From contig NC_058368.1 in the NCBI RefSeq assembly GCF_018350175.1, forward strand, positions 180,298,001 through 180,362,000: a stretch of DNA of 64,000 nt, given 5' to 3'. This DNA is from Felis catus. Lineage: Eukaryota. Below, in pieces: positions 51,352 to 64,000 of this stretch. Position numbers and translations under genes: made by a program. The notes under the pieces were generated by a model that worked only from the letters and a program-made list of their open reading frames with translations, was not told the DNA's origin and did no database searches. How positions within the stretch are numbered: position 1 is the first letter of the stretch; each line of letters starts with the position of its first letter.

Positions 51352-54189
51352 CTGCAGGAAAAAAGTCCTGGGAAGTTAATTGGGGCCAGAGTACATCTGG
51401 AAGGCACGCTGGGGCCAGAAGGGTGTTGGGGTTCCCGTGTGGTTGGCAGCACAGTGGGGCTGACACCAGACAGTGTGACGCCAACATCTCATGCCCCCCG
51501 GACCTACGACACCAAGGCCTGTTCGCATCCACTGTTCCCTGTCACCTGTAGAGCCCGCTTTGATGGCTCAAATGGAGTGGCTGTCAAGATACATGAGAAA
51601 TATGAAATATGAGATAAGACCGGGCAGACCGGCTCTGTGAGCTCCTGCCCTCCTCAGATTCCCTTCAATCACTCAGTTATCTGGACTCTCCCCAGAGGGC
51701 TAACACTCCCCCTCCACGGCCAGAGATCAGGAAGGACGCTTTTCTACTGAGAGTGCCCCAGACAGCGGAGGACTGGAGAGGGAGGCTGGAAGGGCAGCCC
51801 AGCCCAGGATGTGCAGGGCACAGGCTTCTTTCTCAAGTCACAATTCCGAGGTGGTGGGATGGCCGCAGGCAGATGCCGCAGAGCCTGTTTGTTCTGGCAG
51901 GCAGCTGTCTGCTCACTTCTCAGGCCTCTCCTGAGTGTTTGTGTCGTTGCTTTTGTGGTTACAGATAAGTACTAGTGATAATGATATTAATAGTCCTGCA
52001 GTGCAGACGCACATGGACACGGGCAACCCCAGGGATGTAACTGACAAAAGCTACTGCAGGAGGCAGTCTTTACAGAATCAGAAACAGAGTAACAGTAACA
52101 ATACATGCCATGTGCTTTATGGACAGTTATATTTAATCCTCAAACAATCCCAATGGAGGGAATTGAGGCCCGGGAAGATTAAGACACTTTTACAAACCAC
52201 ATGGCTGGGGAGCATCAGAACAAGAGTTCAAGTTCCAGTCAATCTGACTCTAAGGCTGGGTCCCCTCCTGGCCCCCAGGATGCACGGAGGGCTCAGAGAT
52301 AAAAAGGATCTAGAGAAGGAGGGGTGGGCCATCTTGACTGGGGTGGATTTGTACAAACGGACTAGCTGGATTTCATACCAGGAGGGGGCTTTGGCCCACA
52401 CTGCTCCAGGCCAATGCTGGCACTCATGGAATGTGTGTGATACCAACTAGAAACACCGATCAGGACAACTGATCCTTATGTCATAGTTGTTCTGGGACTA
52501 AAGATGATGTTAGAAAAGAGTGATGAAAACTACATTAGGTCCTTAGCCTTAATTTTTCCTTATATGAAGATGTTTGGTTGCATTTACTCTCAGACATGGT
52601 AGAGAATACTGTTGCTTTATTATTTCCATGTAATGGTTAGGGACACTAGGAACAAAGAGGTGAAATAATTGACAGTTCTGGGCAGCTAGTTCAGGAATGA
52701 GAATTTTGGAAGGCCTGTTTTCATCAGGTCAGGATGAGCCAACCAACACATGTGACAACACTGCTGGTGATTGTGCAAGTGTCAAATACACAGGGGTCGT
52801 GGAGAACTGCAGGGAGTGGAACACATTGTCCCTATGCTCATGGACTTCAAGTTCAGTAGGGGACCAATCCAGGGCAACTAACCAAATGACACAGGCTGTG
52901 CTGATGACCAAAGAAGGGAGATACCCAGGAGAGGACACCTGGTGTGCAGAAGTGTGGCATCAGGCCAGCAAAGTAAACTATTCCTATGTACCCTGGGAGA
53001 GGGCAAGGGAAGTCTTTGGGAGGTAGCTCTGAGTAACAGAAGGGCTGTGGGCTCTAGGGTCAGACCCCTGGATTTGCACCTAATAAGCTGTGTGACCCAG
53101 AGGACAGTACTCTGACTTTCTGAGTCTCAGTTTCTGCATCTGTGAAATGGGGTAAACATGATTTGCCCTGCAGAGTTGTTGCTGAGATTAGATGACACAG
53201 AAAATGTTTGTTTTGTAAGGAAATGGTGCTTATTAGCATTTGCAACTCCATTCCATGGGTGGGGAAATCCCTACCTTCTGACTCACAGTGGGAGACAAAG
53301 CCCACCTTCCACTAAGGAAGCTGGAAGCGCCAGAGTCTTGCTTTCCTGGTCTCACTTGCAGCTAGAAGCAGGCGTGGGACTAGGCTCTGTCCATTGCCTG
53401 CAACTGCCCAGGCTTTGAATCATAATCTGGCTAGCTGGACCCAATGCTGTTACTGTGCCTCTCAGATTTCACCAGACCACTTGCTTTTGTTCAATGAGTG
53501 TGCCCTTTCTGGGAGTATCTCAGGGAGAAGCCATCCCTGGTGAGCAGTGGTGCCCGCAGCAGCAACCACAGCTTCCCTGGCCTCCTATAGGGTCAGGACT
53601 CTCAGGGGGAAGGATCGAAATTGAACCCTGTGGCAGGAGTGGGACCAGCTGGGCCACGTCTGGCAGCAGCACTGGTATTATCCTCACTAGACTGGTTTTG
53701 TGGGATGATTTTAGCTGTGGTCTGGCCTGCCCCTCTTCCTGCCTGATTTCTGAGGCTGGTTCTACAACCTTCCAATGAATATGTGAGCTCCTCAGTTTCT
53801 TTTCCAGGAAATTCTTTCCTGCATATACTGCTCACAGTGTGTTTCCACTGTTTGCCATTAAGAACCCTGATTGGCACAGGACTTGATGGTAGGAAGTGGA
53901 GTGCCAGAGTCCCAGACTGGAAAACATGGAGCTGGCTGTGTACTGGGGGCAGGCTGGGGCACAGACCCCAGTATTTCCTGTGGGGAGTGTGGTGATATTC
54001 ATTTTGTGGGTTCAAAACAGAGGGTTAAGTTGTCACCAGACCTCATGCCATCAGGGTTTTCAGGGAAGTGATAGGGAAAAATTCAGGATGTTGTACCACT
54101 GGCCTCTTTTTGCAGCCTTCAGTAAAATTTTACAAGAAAGAGACAACCTGCGGCTGAAGTGGGACAGTCAGAAAGCAAAAAGGAAAAAT

Positions 54190-54640
54190 ACTCGCATCCC
54201 TGCTTTTTGAAAGTGCATGTTATGCCACTTTGCTTTTACAAAAGACCTACATTGGTGTCTGTTTTCACTAGTTGAAAGACATGTGAAGGAGGATTTTTAC
54301 TTTCGTGAAAAAGGCAAAAAGATAAAACAACACCTAGTGTTTCTTTTGCAGTGAGCCCTCATGGAGGCAGCGGCACCCTGAATGTGACAGGGGCACCTCT
54401 GAGCTCCTTCCCCGGGACCACACCGAGCATCTCAGCATCAGGCTGCCACAGCCTTGAACTGTGTCTGTGAGCATCTCCATTAATTCTGCACATCTTTTAG
54501 CAGGATGCATCGTAAGGCATCAGAAAAGCCTAAGAGAGGTTATTTTTTAGGTCTGGAAGGGCTAAAAACATTTTCCACAAAAATTAATGGTAATTGCTTC
54601 TCTGCTTTATGCCACTGTGGTGTTGCCATACGAAAGGCCC
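54190..54640. mobile_element. Tigger-family (TcMar) DNA transposon remnant
   Basis: gccactttgcttttacaaaagacctacatt...cagcatctcagcatc...cagaaaagcctaagagaggttattttt...aattaatggtaattgcttc resembles a carnivore Tigger consensus. Confidence 0.65.
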
Positions 54641-55470
54641 TTTCCATCTGTTGCATGTGATGCATGCTGCCTCGGAATTTCTTAATTTGCAGCCTTGCCG
54701 GGTTGGAAACTGGTCCAGATAATGAAATATGGGAAGGGCCCACCGTCGTGCTAGGTGTGTTATAGATGCTTAATAAATAGGATCAGAACTCCTTGTTATG
54801 TGAAAATGCCAGTCCTGAGAAAGGGCCGCTGAAAGGGAGTCCATCCAAACAGGGGACCAGAATCTTACTAGTAAGTACTGGGGAAAAAACTTTGAGACTT
54901 TAGTTGGAAAAGAGAAACACTTTACAAGAGTTATTACCTTCTATCTTCCATTTGACAAAATTACAACTGCGTTCGAATTCTGATGAAAAAGAATGAATCA
55001 ATCATTTCTTCTGGTGTGATTTTTCTGTCAAGTGACATTCTTCACTTTGTGTTTGAATTCCAGGGCACAGTCACAAAAACAGCAATTTTGCCAAAACCAG
55101 AGGGTGTTCTTCATCCCTAAGGGCTTTTCTAAATCTTTCAAATTATTCACACTTGCAGCATGAGTTGGGATTTTTCTCTTCTTCAGCTGTGATTCAGGAA
55201 TTCCCTAACATCAAACTTACATTCAGTGACTTCAGGAAACTCTGTACCTTTCTCAACATAGGCAGCCAATGGGCAGATGCTGACAAGCTCAAACGATTAG
55301 CTAGAGGCTTGACACAGAAGGGAGGGGTTTCTGTTATTTCTAGGAGGGACGTGGGGAATAACTGGCAAGTAGCTAGTAAGTTGGTTACAGTGCCATATTA
55401 TGAAAAAATTAGCTTCTCCAATATAATTCTGGCTTTGGATACTGAATATCAGACATCGAAGATATCCCTC

Positions 55471-55680
55471 GGGGCACCTGGGTGGCTCAATCGGTTAAGT
55501 GTCAGGCTCTTGATCTCAGCTCAGGTCACGATCTCACAGTTTCGTGAGTTCGAACCCCACATCAGGCTTTGTGCTGACAGTGCGGACCCTGCTTGGGATT
55601 CTCCTTCTTTCTCTGCCCCTCCCCCATTCACACTCTGTCTCTCCCAAAATAAATAAATAAGCTTAAAAAAAAAAAAAGGA
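55471..55680 (+). mobile_element. Can-SINE
   Basis: SINE head, (CT) segment, A-tail. Confidence 0.88.
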
Positions 55681-56790
55681 AGAAGAAAATGCCCCTCAAT
55701 ATCCCCTCCCCTTCCCAAATAACATAGACGGTTAATTGACAGGTTGATGCAGGTGGGTTCCATGGGCCTTTCCTTCTGTGATGACTTACTGGAACACTAG
55801 ACAAGGAAGGTTCTGCTTACGCTTCCAGTTGTTATTCGCTGGTTCTCTGTGCAGAGGGGAAGGAAGGATGTTGACATACCACTGAGCCCAGGACTCAGGT
55901 AAGGTGTGCATGTGTCATATCTGTGCCATCCCTGAGGAAGGTTGGGAACCCCTGAGACGTGGTAAGCGCTCAAACCCTTCACTTACAGGATGAAAGATGG
56001 AGGCTGGCCTACAGGGGCAGACTAATGAGATAGGTAAAGGCATGAGGGAAAGAGCCTCCTGCAGGGTTTCTGAACTCCAGGGCAGCCTATAGGAGAAGGC
56101 TAGCAACCAAAATAGGTAGAGAGGGCCAGGTGGCCAGAGGGAACTTGAAAGGTGCTCTTCTCCAATCATCTAAGGGAAGCTGCCCCACTGCTTAGCTCCA
56201 GCCAGCTGTTGCCGTGAGACAATGTGTGGCCCATGGTGCCAGACAGTTTATTATTTTTTTTTCAAGAGAAACTAGAATTTTATGTTAAATGTCTTCATTT
56301 TTATTTCATTTTTAATTGCCTTCCCTAAGTTTTCAGTGTTGGCAACAGGTTCAATTAAAACCAAACTTGTGACTAAATGGTACGGGCATGTTGCCTTTTT
56401 GCAACCTCGGGCTGCACACCGGATCGCCATGGGAGTGGGGAAGAAATGCCAGCTCAGGGATGGTGAGGGGTCAGTCTGACCTCAGCAAGCGGTCGTGTAG
56501 AAGGGAAGGGCAGGATGTAAACAAGGAGGGAAAAGTTGGTTGGAATTATTAAAAATTGGCCACGTACTGGTTACCAAGCTTCACCTACACTTTCTCTAAT
56601 GCAGTCCCTAAATCAATCCTTTGAAGTCAGTCTATTAATTCCACATGAGGTGAGGTATTAACTTTCCTGAGGATACCTGACAAAGTGAGGGTAACCAGAA
56701 CTTGCACCCAGAACTGTGAGGCTGAAAACACTCACCACTCTATGGGAAGCAGGTACTCTGGGAGGAGGGCAGTACCACACATTTGCTTAC

Positions 56791-56955
56791 CCGGCACACA
56801 TACTGGCTTTGGGGTCCTGGGGAGAAGGTCTTAGAGCGGATAATGGTGCTCCCTCGAAGAAACGGCCCTGGGGATGGTGTGCCCACCCGTCGGTCCTTGG
56901 GCCGCACCACTGTGGGAGATGGGGCCGGGGTCTCTGTGTTGGTCTCTTTGTCCAC
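56791..56955 (-). CDS. WWC1: KIBRA exon (165 nt; [55 protein letters not shown])
   Basis: CAG acceptor, GTAAGC donor; the DKETNTE segment resembles a dynein light chain (LC8) binding motif. Confidence 0.96.
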
Positions 56956-58191
56956 CTGAAGAAGAAGTCAGAGCTTTGAGGCCACTTATATCCACAGAGT
57001 ATCGGCCACCCAGCCCAAGACTCGTGGGGATGACTCCCCAGCCATCCCCATTCCTGTCATGTGGACTTTGGCCCACAGACATAGTTGGGGGCTTCCTAGG
57101 CCCTGGCCCTGCCAGCGAGGACACTGTCCAAGGCCCCAAGTGCTGGCCCCTATTCCTCCATGACTCCTGTGGGCTGGAGCACATTCAGTCCCCAAACAAG
57201 CTCACGTGAGCAGTATATGGATGGATGTCCTCAACTTCATACCCTCAGGACTTATATGCCAACCACATTTTGACAAAGCCACATCCAAGGCCTCCCCTGC
57301 TGCAGCCAAGTGCTTTCCTGGAATTTTGGAGGCAACCTGCAAATCTCCTATTTTAAACTCGGCGTTCAGGTTTTCTACCATCCTTTCATAGTTACTGGCA
57401 AAAGACAAACGACAACATCTAAATGCAGGGTCCTGTTAGCCAAGACAGTGCTTTCTAGAATTTTGAAAAAGGTGCCTGCTTTGGCTGGAGAAATTATGGC
57501 CTCTTGGTGGGGAGCCGTTGGAAGGCAGCCCTAAGTTCTTCTCCAGCCCCTCTTGGCCAGGTACCTTTGTGCAGTGCACAACTTGCAACTCCAACCCTGC
57601 CTGCACACCATGGGGTGCTCTATTTCCTGCCGGTGGAAAAAACAGAGAGACCTCTATGGAGAGTGAAGCTGGTTATAGTGTGTAACCCTAAGTGCAGCAG
57701 GGAAGGAGGTGGTGAGGGGAAACTGACTGGACTCCTTTTTCCTAGTGCACTTTGGGCAGATCCAAATGAAGAAATACATTCTTCTGAAACCTCAGAGCTG
57801 GTCTGCAAGGTCAGTATTATGGTCTCCATTTTAGAGATGAGCAAATGAAGGCTGGAGAGGGATGAAGGCACCTGCCTAAGACTACACAGCAAGAGGGTAG
57901 CAGAGCCAGCATCTGAACCCAGACTCATCTGGCTGCCAAGCTTTAGGTCAGTCCAGAGAAACAGGGGAGCTGTGGAGGGCAGGAGAGATGAGGGGAGAGC
58001 CAGCCTCCTGTGGTTCATTGTCAGAGATGACCCCAAATACAGGCAGGATACTCCTCTGCAACCTTCTGCAGGTCACCCTGTCCCAAGGGCCTGTCCCCTG
58101 ATGATGGAGGAGCATTTTCGTAATGCCTAGACTCAAGCACTGAGAGCTATTTCTCCAAGACAGCCTTTCCTGCCTCCCTGGCTCTGCCTAC

Positions 58192-58306
58192 CTTTAATGC
58201 TGGGTGCTCATCCCTATGCGGCAAGGCTTTCTCAGCGAAAACATCCTCCTCTCCCTCCTCCTCTTCCTCCTCTGCTGCTTCGTTCTCGCTGGTCTCCTCG
58301 TACCTC
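58192..58306 (-). CDS. WWC1: KIBRA glutamate-rich exon (115 nt; RYEETSENEAAEEEEEEGEEDVFAEKALPHRDEHPALK)
   Basis: CAG acceptor, GTAGGC donor; acidic tract typical of KIBRA. Confidence 0.93.
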
Positions 58307-58439
58307 CTGTGATGACAAAGAGCTTTGGTTACCTGCCCAGAGACCACTCTGAGCTGCTCACCTGTCTTTAAATGCACCCAGGGCAGGGCTTCCAAGCCTT
58401 TTCACAACCGAGGACACATTTAGACAAACCAAAAAAATT

Positions 58440-59960
58440 AGTGAGGTCTAATTGACATACAGCAAAATGCATTCTTATCACTGTACAGTTTCATGAGTTT
58501 TGACCCATGTATTCCCCTGTGTAGTCATTGCCACACTTGAGATACAGAACATTCCATTACCCTGAAAGGTTTCTTGTACCCTTTCCTATTTAATCTGTCC
58601 CCATCCCAAGCCCACCACTGATCAGCTTTCTGTCACTACAGATTGAATCTGAGTTTTCTAACATTTCACATACATGGAATCAGATAGCGTGTGCTCTTTT
58701 GTCCCTGAACTATGTTGGTGCCTGTTCACTTCTTTTTATTGAAGAGTAGCATTCCCAATAGGATGGACAGATCACAATTCAGATAGCCATTCATCAGGTG
58801 ATGAACGCTTGAATGACTTCCATTTCTTAGCAATTATGAATAAAGCTTCTTAAAGACATTCACCTACAATTCTATGTAGATACAGGTTTTCACTTCTCTT
58901 GGCTATTGTATTAGTTTGCTGGGGTTGCCACAGCACAATACCGCAGACTGGGTGGCTTAACGAACAGAAATTATTTCTCACAGTTCTGAAGGCTAAAAGT
59001 CCAAGATCAAGATGTGGACAGCTTTGGTTTCCTCTGATGCCTCTCTCTCTGGCTTGCAGATGACCACCTTCTTGATGTCCTCAAGTGGTATTCCCTCTGT
59101 GTGCACATCCCTGATGTCTCTCTGTGCCCAAATTTCCTCCTCTTACAAGGACAACAGCCATACCAGATTAGGACCTACCCACATTTTGATGGCCTCATGT
59201 TAACTTCTTCATTTCTTTTAAGGCCCCATCTTTACATTACAGTCACATTCTGAGGTATGAGCAAGGGTCAGAGCTTCAGCATATGAATTTGGATGGGCGG
59301 GTGGGGACACAATTCAGACCGTAACAGATGTATACCGAGGAGTAGAGCTGGGTCATACAGTAAGTATAGGTTCACCCCTTTAAGAAACTGACAAACTGGT
59401 TTTCCCACCGACAATATTATGAGAATTTCAGTTCCTCATCTCTATTTGCTATTGTCAGTCTCGAAGTTCAGTCATTCTGCTGGGGGTGTGTTCATATCTA
59501 TTGTGGTTTTAATTTGCACTTTCCTGCATTTACTGACCATTCGTATATTTTCCTTCGTGAAGTATCTGTCAGAGTATGTGGCCTGCTTTAAAACTTGGGT
59601 TGTCATTTTATTACTGAGATGTCAGAGTTCATTACATCTCCTGGATATGAACTCTTCGTACATATTTGCTCCACGTCTGTGGCATGCCTTTTCATTTTCT
59701 AAATAGTATCTTCCAAAGAACTTTGGTAGTGATAAAGTCCAACCTGGCAAGTTTTTTTTCTTTTATGATTTGTGTTTCTTCTGTCCTGCCTAAGAAATCG
59801 CTGCCTGTCTCAAGGTTACAAAGAGTTTCTTTTATATTTTTAGTAGTTTTATAGTTTTACTATATGATCCATTTCAGATTAATTTTTGTATGTGGTGCTC
59901 AAAGGTTTTATTCTATATGGATATCCAATGGTGTTCTGGTACCATTTGTTGCAAAGAGTT
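58440..59960 (-). mobile_element. Old L1 3' region with a nested MLT1-type LTR (~58908-59327)
   Basis: Reverse L1 3'UTR/ORF2 text (cattcatcaggtgatgaac; ttgtggttttaatttgcact) interrupted by tgtattagtttgct...cacaattcagaccgtaaca. Confidence 0.75.
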
Positions 59961-61444
59961 TATTTTTGGTGATATCTTTCACAATGATTCTTTCCCTTCA
60001 GACTCCAGGGTTGGGAGGAGTTCTTGTGGCAAAGGGACTGCATTTGTTAATTGCTAATTTTTCTTTAGTCCCATTTTTACTTCTCAAAGACATACATAAC
60101 TGCCAGGCTTCTGATCAGCAGGAGACAGAGTTGCCATACTGAGTCAAAGGAATTCCAGCCAAAAGCAGAGAATTGGACATCCAGTCAGCTGGCTCAGTGA
60201 GACTGTGGACAAAAATAAAATCTCCCTTGGGATTTTCCTGATGGGGAGAAAAGATCTTGGATCTCCAGCCCCAGTCGCTTGACCAAAACCTCCCCTGTTC
60301 TTAGATGGGGACCAGTGCTAACAGAGACTCCTTGCTCTCCCACCCTTGCTTCACATCATCTTGATCTACACATAAAAGGACCACTGAACATGGGAACACA
60401 CAAAGAGCACCTCCCTAAGAATATGGCAGATGCCACATTGACCAGCATTTAATGAAGGCTTACTAAACGCCAGGTGCTATGCTAAGGCCTTACAACAACA
60501 CTGAAAGCAATTATCGTCTCCATTTTACAGATTCAAAAGCTGAGGATCAGGAGGTTGACAGGCCTTGTCTCATGTCACAGACCACGAAGTGGTACAGCCA
60601 GGTTTCCAATCCAAGGCTGTCCAACTCCACTGTAAGTGCTTAATGACTACGGAAGTCTTTTCTTTTTGACCGGGAACCTGATCTAAACATTTCTGGAAAG
60701 GAAAAAAAAAAAACAAAACTCAATTGTAGAGAAAAATGATTAAAGTAGACATCTTTTCACCCTTTAGAGTGGCAAAATATATAGATATCAGATAATATCA
60801 AGTGCTGGTGAAGGCATAGAAAATAGGCATATCTCCGCAGGGAACAGACATCAGAGCAGCCAATTTACACTCTGAAGTCACTTTAGCAGTATCTTCTAAA
60901 ATAAAACACGTATGTATTCTTGATTAAGTACTGTAGTTAGATTATATTGAGTATTGGAGAGGGTGTAGTTTAAGGGTCCTTTTAATCGCTGCTGGTAGGA
61001 GCATTTGCTAGTACAATCTTATTTGAGAACTATTCTGCAATGCCTATTAAAATATAAAGCACACATGCCCTGAGGCCCAGCAATGCTATTTCTCAACCTC
61101 TGCCCTAGACAAACACACACAAGTTCTCAAGGAGGCAAATACAAGGACTTTCACCCTAGCATTGTGATTATATTCTCTTTTATTTTCTAATACTCTTAGA
61201 GTTTTGTTTTGCTTGTGGATCTTAAAAAAAAAAAAATCCAGTCTTGTGATTATATGCACTAAAGAAACCTAAGAAAATAAAAGGAGGGAGTAACTATGGT
61301 ACCCTGGCCCTTGGGTGCTGAGAGAGAAGGAGTGGAAATTAGCACAGAGGGCCAGTCTTTGGGGGACCTCCACACATGACTCTGGAGTGCAGCAGGCACA
61401 GCAAACCTAGTTAACATTCCAGGACCAAGAGAAGCCTCCATTCC

Positions 61445-61469
61445 GGGGGGGGGGGGGGGGGGGGGGGGG
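61445..61469. repeat. G25 homopolymer
   Basis: 25 consecutive G. Confidence 0.9.
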
Positions 61470-61984
61470 TGTGTGCTGTGGATGGATTTACTCCAGTACA
61501 GCAGCTCTGGGATTCCCAGTCCTCTTTGTAAGTCAGTGTCTAGGGAAGTTTGAATGGCAGGGGTGGGGAGAGAGGGGGCCACAAAGGGATAGAGAACAGA
61601 AGGCAGTTGCTAGGGGATGGCTTGAAAAGTCTCACCACAAGCTTGGAATTTGGCAGAAACCACTGATCTTGTGCCAGGGTTTTGGAACACAGGTCCTGGG
61701 CCTTTCCGGCATCAGACCTTTGCACAGCCTAGCCTAGCACAGCAGTGTGCCACAGAGAGTTAGAGAGAGAGAGGGAGAGGAGAGCGGGAGAAGGAAAGGG
61801 GAGGTAGAAATGAATGTAAAGGGAAAGGAAAGAGGGGGAAAGAAAGGGACACAGGGAGGGAGAAAGAGAGAAAGAGAGAAACTGAGATAATTTAGAGAGA
61901 GCCCTAAAACAAACAAATGAACACATAAAAATTCAGGGACCTTACCCCACCCTTTATCACATGGAGAAATAAACAGTAAAAGAG

Positions 61985-62300
61985 AAGTGTGCCTGTGGGC
62001 CATATCCAGCCTACCGCCTGTTTTGGACAGCCCAAGCTGTGAATGGTTTTTATATTTTTAAATGGCTAAAAAACACAAACAAACAAAGAATGATATTTCA
62101 TGACCTGTGAAAATTACACGAAATTCAAATTTCAGCGCCCATAAGTAAAGCTTCAGTGGTGGGGACATGATGGCAAGTATCATCTACAGATACTTTGATG
62201 CTGTAACAGGAGGGCTGAATAGATGCACCAGAATCCACAGGGCCCACAAAGCAGACATTTACTATCTGGACCTTTCCAGAAAACATTTGCTGACCCCCTT
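61985..62300. mobile_element. MER58-like hAT DNA transposon remnant
   Basis: cctgtgggccatatccagcctaccgcctgtttt...gggcccacaaagc..acatttactatctggacctttccagaaaacatttgctgacccct. Confidence 0.65.
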
Positions 62301-64000
62301 CTGAGACCAAATGTATAACTGGAGGCTGTAACAGAATAATGCAGAAGAGCTACTGAGTGCTTCCCATGGGACAAAGTCTGTGCTAAGTGCTTATCTTATC
62401 ATGCATAATTCCATTGAGTCTACAAAATACCCCATGTGTTGTAGACACTCATTAAATCTGTATTTCACAGAGGCAGAAATGGAGGCTTAAAGCCATGGTT
62501 CTTGGCCCTGGCTGCACATTAGGATCACCCAGGGAGCTTTTAAAACTTACTGATGCTCAGGCCTCACCCAGACCCAGGGTCCCACAGGAAGCTGGTTGAG
62601 TAAGACTCAGAATCCCTATCTGTCTGAATTCAGAGCACGTGCACTTAAGCCCAACTGTACTTCCCCCAAATGGCAAATTCACAGGCTGTGGTCATTTCTG
62701 AGATGGGATTCGCCTTCTCCCTTCCTAGCTGGGAGCTGGTGTTCCTTCTCATTTCCTGAATGATCATTTCTACCATCTGTTGGGTGTCCGCTATGAGCTT
62801 TGCGCTTTATCTTCATTATAGTGGCTTTTCCTTTAGTGGTCTGCAGTAAGTCCACTCAGTCAGTGTGACGTCCCACTTTTCCAGATGAGGCTCAGCCAAG
62901 GTTAGAATGACTGTCCTGACAGTGGCTGCCCTTGTGGTGGAGGGCAGCGACCGGCCCAGACTGGGCTTCCAGAGAGCCAGTTATGCTCTGCCTCTTGATG
63001 CGTATGCTGGTTACACGGGTAGTTTGGTTTCTGAAAATTCACTGAGCTGTACACTTAGGGGAACTTTTGTGTGTTGTGCCACGCCGCAAGAAAAAGTTAA
63101 AAATGCTTTGCCAAAGGTTACACAAAAAACCATGAAGCTAAGATTTGAATCCTGGTCTATACTATTTTTTCCTAAATGTGTACTGAGACTTTTCGTTCAG
63201 GATACAAGAGACTAAGAAGCACTGAACCACACAGACAGAACGCTGTCTCCAGTTCTTCTGTGGACACCAAGGAGAAGTCTCTCCCTGGAAGCATGTCTCT
63301 AATATATCTGGAGAGAGAAGACCTCAGGCCTGGAGCCTTAGCAAGCAATACGTCTAGGTGGGTTTTAATGCTCTTGCTTTATTTTCATTACATTTAAGTT
63401 TTCCAGTTACCTTCTGAGGCAGACATGGCTCATGGTCTCCCTAGTATCCATTTCTACTTTCTTAGTAACAGAACCCTGATTTTTGTATCCCTTGCAGTTA
63501 GGTAGGCCAAATGGCTAAGCTCAGCCAGTGAGAACCAAGCAGAAACTGCTGGGTGGGACTTTGAGGAATGCGCCTTGGTTAAAAAGCATTCAGGCACATT
63601 CTTTTGTCTTTCCTCTTTTCTGATGCTTGCCTGATGGTTGGTGACTCAGCAGCCATTTTGAGCTAGAAAGAAGCCTCAGTGATGGCAGTCACCCAGTAAG
63701 AAAAGCAAAGCAGAAATAGAGGAGGACACTGGGTTCCCTGTAGTGCCATGGAGCTGACAGAGGAGGCCTGGATTGCTTCTTCCCATTCTTCTTTTTAAGT
63801 AACAAAGCAATAAACTATCTTATTTAAGCCTATTATTTCTCCTCCCTGTTCCTAGCAGTCAAATGAAATTCCTTATTGAAACATCTTCAATTTATGGCAG
63901 ATGATATTTACTTTCCATTTATAATAATACAATTTTTTTTTTAACCAACATAAATGTGAGTCAAGTTAGACACTAGTATGTGACCTAGCATGAGTGATTT

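Noticed and set aside
51935..55656. 171-aa (51935-52450), 137-aa and 167-aa (55153-55656) ORFs in WWC1 introns
   Set aside because: No recognisable domain; they overlap MIR/SINE-like or ordinary intronic sequence and lack splice or promoter support.
58310..64000. Next upstream WWC1 exon
   Set aside because: No matching exon found by eye in this repeat-rich interval; it probably lies beyond the window.

Overview
Mammalian genomic DNA from a cat-family (felid) carnivore, judged from abundant felid-type Can-SINEs and carnivore L1s. Two genes lie in tandem on the minus strand. (i) The 5' part of RARS1 (cytoplasmic arginyl-tRNA synthetase): CpG-island promoter at ~22.7-23.4 kb and coding exons 1-12 (23206 down to 5284). 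All 12 have GT-AG boundaries and splice into one open frame of 1452 nt containing the HVGH and KFKTR motifs; the remaining exons lie left of the window. (ii) The 3' end of WWC1/KIBRA: last six coding exons (58306 down to the stop at 43801, C-terminus ...LSADDV), 3'UTR and AATAAA at 43102-43107. The ~20 kb intergenic interval is dense in retroviral remnants: several solo LTRs, a triple-nested LTR stack with readable target-site duplications, and a decayed ERV1-class provirus with gag, integrase, env-TM, PPT and 3' LTR. I see no wholly new gene system. The best leads are RNA-level: a ~0.7-0.9 kb inverted L1 pair bracketing the frame-shifting RARS1 exon 12, inverted SINE pairs, a branch-point region apparently supplied by MER20 for the WWC1 last exon, an 18-nt alternative WWC1 acceptor, and the AUG-free stretch between RARS1 Met1 and Met73. 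Exon numbers follow my recollection of the human orthologues. Repeat family names are by eye, not from a database search.
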